A stretch of 64,000 bases of DNA from a virus (lineage: Duplodnaviria > Caudoviricetes): positions 71,414 through 135,413 of IMG/VR virus record IMGVR_UViG_3300029305_003246; one strand, written 5' to 3'. Within the stretch, counting starts at the first letter, position 1, and every line of letters begins with the position of its first letter. The translations under genes were made by a program, and so were the position numbers. Shown here piece after piece: positions 58,018 to 64,000 of the stretch. Under the pieces are notes generated by a model that did not search any database, was not told where the DNA came from, and saw only the letters and a program-made list of their open reading frames with translations.

Positions 58018-58938
58018 ATGGAGTTTAATAATAGAAATATCCACCTAGTAGATTTTAGTTATTTTATGCATCGCTCATATCATGCGATGAAAAGTTTTGG
58101 GGTAGAAATTAATGGTGTTAGGAAGCCAACAGGTCATATAATAGGGGTTCTGAATTATATAAAGAAAATAAAAGAATATGATAAAAAAGCAGTTATATTT
58201 CTAGCTTTAGATGATTTGCCAATATCTAAAATACAATTATTAGAAAGCATTAATATAGGTTATAAAGAAGGCCGAGCTAAAAATGAATATAATATTCGCC
58301 AAGATACGAATTTAATATGCGATTTAGCATACCAAATTCCAGATGTATATTCGGTATTCTCAGAAGGCGAAGAGGCCGATGACATTATCTCCACATTATC
58401 TTCAATGTATAAAGCTAATAATTATGTATATATACATTCCTCAGACAAGGATTTAGTCCAATTACTTGATTCTCATTGCTTTATAGTAACTGAATGGGAT
58501 GGAAGTACTCCTATAAAGACTACTATAGATTCATATAAAACTTCTCCTAAATATGAAAAAGCATTCTTAAATTGCAACCCTAGAAAATTAACTTATTTTA
58601 GAGCTATAGTTGGCGATGCATCTGATAATATGCCAGGATTATATAGATTTCCACGTAAACTAGCCAAACTAATAGCCGAAAATACTAAATCTATAGATGA
58701 TTTTAGCCATGCATTAGATAAGTATTCTAGATTAGCAACTACTTCTCAAATAAAATACCTAGCATTATTACAGGAGTCTTTCGATAAAGTAGCAATTTAT
58801 TATAAGGTTATGAAGTTAAAAGATAATTTACCTCTAGAATTTGACCGTTCTTTAGTTCCAGTTAAAAAGCATATTGAACAATTGGAGTTAAATTCGTTCA
58901 AGAAATACCTAGAGTCAATGAATATAAATATAATATAA
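58018..58938 (+). CDS. 5'-3' exonuclease / flap endonuclease (PolI N-terminal, T4 RNase H-like)
   Basis: LVDFSY..HRSYH, YKEGR, EEADDII, SSDKDLVQL, GDASDNMPG. Confidence 0.9.
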   Translation: MEFNNRNIHLVDFSYFMHRSYHAMKSFGVEINGVRKPTGHIIGVLNYIKKIKEYDKKAVIFLALDDLPISKIQLLESINIGYKEGRAKNEYNIRQDTNLICDLAYQIPDVYSVFSEGEEADDIISTLSSMYKANNYVYIHSSDKDLVQLLDSHCFIVTEWDGSTPIKTTIDSYKTSPKYEKAFLNCNPRKLTYFRAIVGDASDNMPGLYRFPRKLAKLIAENTKSIDDFSHALDKYSRLATTSQIKYLALLQESFDKVAIYYKVMKLKDNLPLEFDRSLVPVKKHIEQLELNSFKKYLESMNINII

Positions 58939-58952
58939 AGGGGGTTTATATT

Positions 58953-59153
58953 ATGGCATTATACCCAGGGAAAGAAGTTAGATTAATTAATAAATCTACG
59001 AAAGAAGAGCATATATACGAAGTTGCTCAAGTAATTTATGGTGATTCTATCTTAGGCATAGCATGTATTACTGAAAATGGAATTGTAGATTTTTATTTCT
59101 CTGAATATGTCATCAAACCATTTAATTTCGATAAAGGACGTGATAAGTTTTGA
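58953..59153 (+). CDS. hypothetical protein
   Basis: GGGGG RBS; TTGA-coupled to the helicase. Confidence 0.55.
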   Translation: MALYPGKEVRLINKSTKEEHIYEVAQVIYGDSILGIACITENGIVDFYFSEYVIKPFNFDKGRDKF

Positions 59154-60604
59154 GTTTAGATACAAAATCTGATTATTCTCTTGGGGGTTTCAACTTAACT
59201 CCCCAACAGAATGATATATGTAAAAATATATTAAAAAATTATGGTGGGATAATCTCTAGTCAAGCAGGAGGTGGGAAGACTCTCACCTCTTTATGCATAT
59301 CCGAACATTTAATTAATATTGATTTATCTAACACGATGCAAATATGTATAGTAGCACCAGTGAAAGCAGTTAGTTCTTTTAAAAGGGAACTAGAAACGAA
59401 GGTCAAGAAATCTTATTCTATCTATACGACTAAAGATTATCGCATAGATAAAAATGCTAAATATAACATATTTACTTATACAAAATTAGACGAGTTAGAA
59501 GAGTTTATAAATGACCACGAGTTCGAAAACAAAGTTCTAATATGCGATGAAATACAGGCTCTAGGTAACAAGAAAAATAAACAAAGTATTATACTAACGA
59601 GATTAAGAAAGAATTTTAAGATAGTTATAGGATTAACAGCTACTCCTATTATGAATGAACTTGAAGAATTATATAATATAGTAAACTTCGTAAGACCAGG
59701 ATATTTAGGTACTAAAAAGTCATTTCAGGATAGATTTATGATTATGCAAAAGAAAGATATTTATACTAAAAGAGGGAAAGTTAAGACGTGGCAATGTGTA
59801 GGTACTAAAAATGAAGAAGAATTGGCTAAACTTATGAAGAATATTGCTTTCGGCCTACAAAAGAGATATAACTTACAATTCCATTTTAAGAAATGTGAAT
59901 TAGACGAATATGAATCCGATGCTTATGTAGAAGGTTCTCAAGGTCTACTGAACGAAGAGTTAGAACCGAAGGCTTTCGCCAGTAGGATGCACGACTTGCA
60001 ACTTATTATAGACGGAAGTCATCCTAACTTCTGCCGACCTCGATTAAGTAGTAAGGAAAAGTTATTAGTATCTACTATATACGAAATAATGCAACGAAAC
60101 GAGTCAGTATTAGTTTACGTTGAGTATACAGCTACGATAGAACGTCTTACTAAAATACTAAAAGCATCTAACCATATATTGAATTATGACTCAATTAAGT
60201 TCATTACGGGTTCTACTCCATTAGAGGAAAGAGTTAAGTTAGAAAAAGAAATGCCACGAAAAACGGTAGTTCTTATGACCCAAGCAGGACGTGAATCTGT
60301 AAACTTACAAAAAGCTAACAATCTAATAATGTATAATATTCCATTGAGTACGGGTAGTGTTTTACAGCTTATTGGTAGAATAACTCGTATGGACACCGAA
60401 TATAAGGTTCAGAACGTATACACTCTTGAGGCCATCGATACTATAGATACTTATAAACAAAGTCTAGTATCTGCGAAAATAGAACTCTTTGAACGTGTAT
60501 TTGGGGAACAGTCTACAATGGTCAAATTTGATAATGATAACTTTAAGCTAGATACAAAACTATTAAAGAAAAAATACTTATGGAAATCACGAAGAAGACG
60601 ATAA
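59150..60604 (+). CDS. SNF2-family (SF2) helicase
   Basis: AGGGKT, DEIQ, LTATP, ESVNLQ, QLIGRITR. Confidence 0.88.
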   Translation: MSLDTKSDYSLGGFNLTPQQNDICKNILKNYGGIISSQAGGGKTLTSLCISEHLINIDLSNTMQICIVAPVKAVSSFKRELETKVKKSYSIYTTKDYRIDKNAKYNIFTYTKLDELEEFINDHEFENKVLICDEIQALGNKKNKQSIILTRLRKNFKIVIGLTATPIMNELEELYNIVNFVRPGYLGTKKSFQDRFMIMQKKDIYTKRGKVKTWQCVGTKNEEELAKLMKNIAFGLQKRYNLQFHFKKCELDEYESDAYVEGSQGLLNEELEPKAFASRMHDLQLIIDGSHPNFCRPRLSSKEKLLVSTIYEIMQRNESVLVYVEYTATIERLTKILKASNHILNYDSIKFITGSTPLEERVKLEKEMPRKTVVLMTQAGRESVNLQKANNLIMYNIPLSTGSVLQLIGRITRMDTEYKVQNVYTLEAIDTIDTYKQSLVSAKIELFERVFGEQSTMVKFDNDNFKLDTKLLKKKYLWKSRRRR

Positions 60605-60631
60605 TTTTAAATTTCATCAGGGGTGATATTA

Positions 60632-60742
60632 ATGCAAGATATTCTTCAATTAGGTTTATTCTCTCTAGTTGTTATGATACCATTTATGATAGTATCTATC
60701 ATTTCAATGATAGATTTCAAAATTAAAAATAAGAAAAAATAA
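60632..60742 (+). CDS. small single-TM peptide (36 aa, not in ORF track)
   Basis: GGGGTG RBS; MQDILQLGLFSLVVMIPFMIVSIISMIDFKIKNKKK. Confidence 0.5.
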   Translation: MQDILQLGLFSLVVMIPFMIVSIISMIDFKIKNKKK

Positions 60743-60754
60743 GGAGATGATTAG

Positions 60755-61723
60755 GTGAAAGCCTTATTTAGAAACAATTCAGGGACTTGGTTCTCTATGG
60801 CAAAACATGATTTCGATGGTCAAAACATAGTGCTTGAAGTTGGCGAAGAAGAGGAGTTTGAGTTTCCTAACAAAGAGTTAAGTTATTATGAACAATTTAT
60901 ACCATTAGGAATAGAAATAGTTGTTTTAGATAGTTCTGAAATGGAAGACGAAGTCGTTGATGATGGAGTAGGTATACCAGGCAAAGATGGTAAGGACGGA
61001 GTAGACGGTGCAACTTTCGTACCTAATGTAGACGAAGAAGGCAATTTGTCTTGGTCTAATAATAAAGGATTAGAAAATCCACCTACTGTGAATATAAAAG
61101 GTGCTAAAGGTGAAAATGGAGCTAATGGCAAAGATGTTGACTCTAAAGTAGTAGACGAAATAAAAGATAGACTTGATGTCCTAGAGCAAGAAAAATTCAA
61201 AGTTACAGGTGTGCCAGAAGGTACTATAGTAGAATATAGATGTAACGAAATAAGAGTTATGTGTCCAGTAGATGCAGAATTTAAACAACAAGAAGTTGGC
61301 GAAGGTGGAAATGCTAATATGTATTATATGGCACTTACTACTCAAGCACCAGAAGGAGCAGTCGCTTGTAACGAAGGGGACAAGGGTATAATCTCTGAAA
61401 GAAATATTAATCTAGATGGTAAAAAATCGAAAACTATATGGTTAGCACTTGCAAGTCTTAGTGGTGCAAATTGGACTTACTTTGGCAAATCTTCAACAGG
61501 TGCAAATCTTATAGGTTGGGATTATATAATAGAATGGTTAGATGCCGAAGGTAAGATTATCGAAACAAATTGTATAAGAATTAATTTAACTAATGAGGGA
61601 TGTCATGGATTAAGCATGTTTTCAGCAGTTAAGGAATTTTCTAAAATGTTCAAATTTAATGATGCAGGCGAATTAATAGTTACTATAAATGGAGTATCCA
61701 AAACATTCGTTCCTAAAGTATAA
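60755..61723 (+). CDS. putative head fibre/decoration protein with collagen linker
   Basis: GATFVPNVDEEGNLSWSN linker shared with ORF 16463; N-domain similar to ORF 36218. Confidence 0.6.
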   Translation: MKALFRNNSGTWFSMAKHDFDGQNIVLEVGEEEEFEFPNKELSYYEQFIPLGIEIVVLDSSEMEDEVVDDGVGIPGKDGKDGVDGATFVPNVDEEGNLSWSNNKGLENPPTVNIKGAKGENGANGKDVDSKVVDEIKDRLDVLEQEKFKVTGVPEGTIVEYRCNEIRVMCPVDAEFKQQEVGEGGNANMYYMALTTQAPEGAVACNEGDKGIISERNINLDGKKSKTIWLALASLSGANWTYFGKSSTGANLIGWDYIIEWLDAEGKIIETNCIRINLTNEGCHGLSMFSAVKEFSKMFKFNDAGELIVTINGVSKTFVPKV

Positions 61724-61727
61724 TTTT

Positions 61728-61761
61728 AAGGACTGGGTTCATTCTCAGTCCTTTTATCGTT
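61728..61761 (+). promoter_or_regulatory. terminator hairpin fused with GTTCA-N16-CGTT promoter
   Basis: AAGGACTGGG-ttcatt-CTCAGTCCTT+TT; GTTCA 61737-41, CGTT 61758-61. Confidence 0.7.
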
Positions 61762-61782
61762 TAATAAATATGAGGTGATAAA

Positions 61783-62349
61783 ATGGAAAATATAACTTTG
61801 AATTCTATAAAAGCACGTTATCCAGAATTACTTCCTATAGGAGGGAGCAAAGATGATTTTAAGAAAGCACTTGATTATTTTAAGGAAATTGAGGATAAAA
61901 GATTTATAATATCTTGTAATGAAATGAATTACAAACCTTATATGGTAGCATATTTATTAAAGTATCTATCAAATCACGATAGATTTCCCGAGATAATCTT
62001 ATTAAATGTACACGAGGTTAGTGAGCTATATATAACGGGTTTAGGTGATAGGGATTTATTAAGATTATCTGATGTTAATCCAGATATATTATTCTTAACA
62101 GCAGGTTATAGTGAACCAAATAATAAATCTTTAAAAGATTGTGTTGGTTTTATCTTAAATAACCTTACTTTAAAAGATAAGCATATATTTCTCTATTTAA
62201 AAGGAACATCGATGTTAGTTAAAGATATTGAATCTTTAGCAAAATCGCTTGAGTTCCCTAAATACAACCTTAACTTAAATTCTACTAGTAAGAAGGTATC
62301 AAAACCTTCAAAAAGTTCTTCAAATAGTTCACAAATGAGTTTATTTTAA
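61783..62349 (+). CDS. hypothetical protein, possibly a degenerate helicase loader
   Basis: Directly upstream of the DnaB-like helicase; alpha/beta pattern but no Walker A. Confidence 0.45.
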   Translation: MENITLNSIKARYPELLPIGGSKDDFKKALDYFKEIEDKRFIISCNEMNYKPYMVAYLLKYLSNHDRFPEIILLNVHEVSELYITGLGDRDLLRLSDVNPDILFLTAGYSEPNNKSLKDCVGFILNNLTLKDKHIFLYLKGTSMLVKDIESLAKSLEFPKYNLNLNSTSKKVSKPSKSSSNSSQMSLF

Positions 62350-62361
62350 AGGGAGGTAAGT

Positions 62362-63801
62362 ATGAAGAATATTATCAAATCCATATTTGACTCAGGTATG
62401 CAGGAACACGTCATCTTTATAGAAGATATTTTATCTATAAAGTTGAGTGAGCTTGAATCTCAATATTTAAGTTATCTTTTAAAATGTTTTGAAGATGTTG
62501 GTAGATTTCCTACTGAAGCAATATTCATTTCTAAGTTCCCAGAGACTGAAACTATGCTAAAGAATGCAGTTACGTTCTCAGGGAAAGACCTTAACTTCTA
62601 TGTAGATGAGTTTATTGAAAAACGCAAAGCTAAAGAAATCTCATCTCAAATAATAGATATAGCATCTAGAGTACAAGAAAAAGGTCTTACTGAAGAGGAT
62701 ATTCTTGAACTCCAAAGTAAAATTAAAGATAAGGGGAAAGTTATAGAGGAGGATGCATTTTCCTTCTCTAAATTCGGTGAACTTTATCATCAAAATAAAA
62801 CGAAGAAGATTGGTTTATCTACAGGGGTAAACTATGTTGATGAAATTATAGGTGGCTTAGATAAAGGTACTGTGAATACTATAATGGCATATACTTCTCA
62901 AGGGAAATCTATGTGGGCGACTAATATAGCTTATAAAAATACTTATGAAAAAGATTATAACGTTGCCATAATTTCACTAGAGGTAACGAAAGCCGAGGTG
63001 CAATATAATATCCTAACTAGACACTCAAATTTAAGCAAGTTTGATAAATACCCTTTTATTCATAAAGATAAAATAAAATTCGGTAAACTTAATGATGAGG
63101 AAGAAGATTATCTTATGAATACAGTAATAAGAGATTATGAGGATAATAAGCAAGGTTTATTATTTATACTTGATGAAGATGATTTCTCAAACTTCTCTTA
63201 TTCTGAAATAAGGAAAAAGTTATATAATGTAGATGATATCTGTAAGGAAAGAACGGGTCATGGTCTTGATTGTCTTATAGTTGACCACGTTGGGTTGATG
63301 AAGTTCTCTGATAACTCGAATTCAGCTAATAAATCTGAGTATTCTATAATTAATGATTATGTATCGTTCTTTAGACGATTAACTTTATCTTTTAGAAAAT
63401 ACGATGATGGTAGTTATAGTCAATTATCGACTATCTTACTTGCACAAGCTAATAGAAAAGGATTTGATGAGGCTACTAAGAAGAAAGGAAATTATTCTCT
63501 TACAGCTATTGCCGAAGCTAATGAAATTGAACGTTCTTCATATCGTATCTTTAGTATATTTACTAATGATGAGCTAAAGTTTGCGAAGGAATGTATGGTA
63601 TGTATTCTAAAGAATAGAGGTGGTCAAACCGTTCAAGATGCTTTTACTGTAAAATTCGATGGTGAAAGATATGTATTTGGTGACCTTGGGGATGATAAAG
63701 GTTCAGGTAGTTTAATGGATTACATGCGAAGTTCTGAAGGCTCTAGTGAAATGAATTTTGATAATTTATTCGACGACTCTGATTTTGGATTTGATTTCTA
63801 G
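62362..63801 (+). CDS. replicative DnaB-like (SF4) helicase
   Basis: STG…D..IGGL..G, AYTSQGKS, ISLE, IVDH, LAQANR, KNRGG. Confidence 0.9.
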   Translation: MKNIIKSIFDSGMQEHVIFIEDILSIKLSELESQYLSYLLKCFEDVGRFPTEAIFISKFPETETMLKNAVTFSGKDLNFYVDEFIEKRKAKEISSQIIDIASRVQEKGLTEEDILELQSKIKDKGKVIEEDAFSFSKFGELYHQNKTKKIGLSTGVNYVDEIIGGLDKGTVNTIMAYTSQGKSMWATNIAYKNTYEKDYNVAIISLEVTKAEVQYNILTRHSNLSKFDKYPFIHKDKIKFGKLNDEEEDYLMNTVIRDYEDNKQGLLFILDEDDFSNFSYSEIRKKLYNVDDICKERTGHGLDCLIVDHVGLMKFSDNSNSANKSEYSIINDYVSFFRRLTLSFRKYDDGSYSQLSTILLAQANRKGFDEATKKKGNYSLTAIAEANEIERSSYRIFSIFTNDELKFAKECMVCILKNRGGQTVQDAFTVKFDGERYVFGDLGDDKGSGSLMDYMRSSEGSSEMNFDNLFDDSDFGFDF

Positions 63802-63818
63802 AAAATTTTCTAGAAATC
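63793..63818. repeat. perfect inverted repeat GATTTCTAGAAAATTTTCTAGAAATC
   Basis: 26-nt palindrome spanning the helicase stop codon. Confidence 0.7.
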
Positions 63819-63819
63819 A

Positions 63820-63844
63820 GTTCCTAACTTAAAAGTTAATCGTA
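63820..63844 (+). promoter_or_regulatory. variant phage promoter GTTCC-N16-CGTA
   Basis: Same spacing as the consensus, one mismatch in each box. Confidence 0.45.
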
Positions 63845-63905
63845 CTATATATCACAAGCACCTAATAAAATCTAAAATAAATTAAAATAAAGGGAGGTAC
63901 ACTGT

Positions 63906-64000
63906 ATGATGTCAAATGCTAGAAAAATTCCAAGTAGAAATATAGATTTAATAGGAGTTGTTACTGATGAAATGTTAGCAGCATTTGCCGAAAGAATGAA
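63906..64000 (+). CDS. hypothetical protein, 3'-truncated by window edge
   Basis: GGGAGGT RBS, MMSNARKIPSRNIDLIG…. Confidence 0.55.
   Translation, partial: MMSNARKIPSRNIDLIGVVTDEMLAAFAERM

Overview
A 64-kb, AT-rich (roughly 30% GC) segment of a large contractile-tailed (myovirus) phage, almost certainly infecting a Bacillota/Clostridia host (strong AGGAGG/GGTG RBSs, XlyA-type amidase, phiLC3-type holin, XkdX-like and YwaF-like genes). All real genes are on the + strand. Order: small early/membrane genes; appendage cluster 1 (LTD-FN3-metallophosphoesterase, then a 2,270-aa LamG/CotH-like/LRR/BspA-repeat adhesin); lysis cassette; appendage cluster 2 (BppU-like, collagen and coiled-coil fibre segments, then four receptor-binding-protein (RBP) genes, three with RCC1 propellers, one ending in a Hint domain); class II ribonucleotide reductase; a T4-like head/neck/tail/baseplate module; and replication genes (5'-3' exonuclease, SNF2 helicase, DnaB-like helicase). 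Main discovery: each of the four consecutive RBP genes carries a candidate -1 programmed ribosomal frameshift cassette at the same protein motif (NE[V/L]FQ). The cassette is an N_NUU_UUU shift site, a 6-nt spacer and an H-type pseudoknot (two unrelated sequence families), with a -1-frame stop exactly 5 codons after the shift. This predicts a short 'stalk-only' product made alongside each full-length RBP. Second finding: a phage-specific bipartite promoter, RGTTCA-N16/17-CGTTYW, occurring about 10 times and usually built into the upstream intrinsic terminator hairpin. All assignments come from motif recognition by eye; no database search was run.
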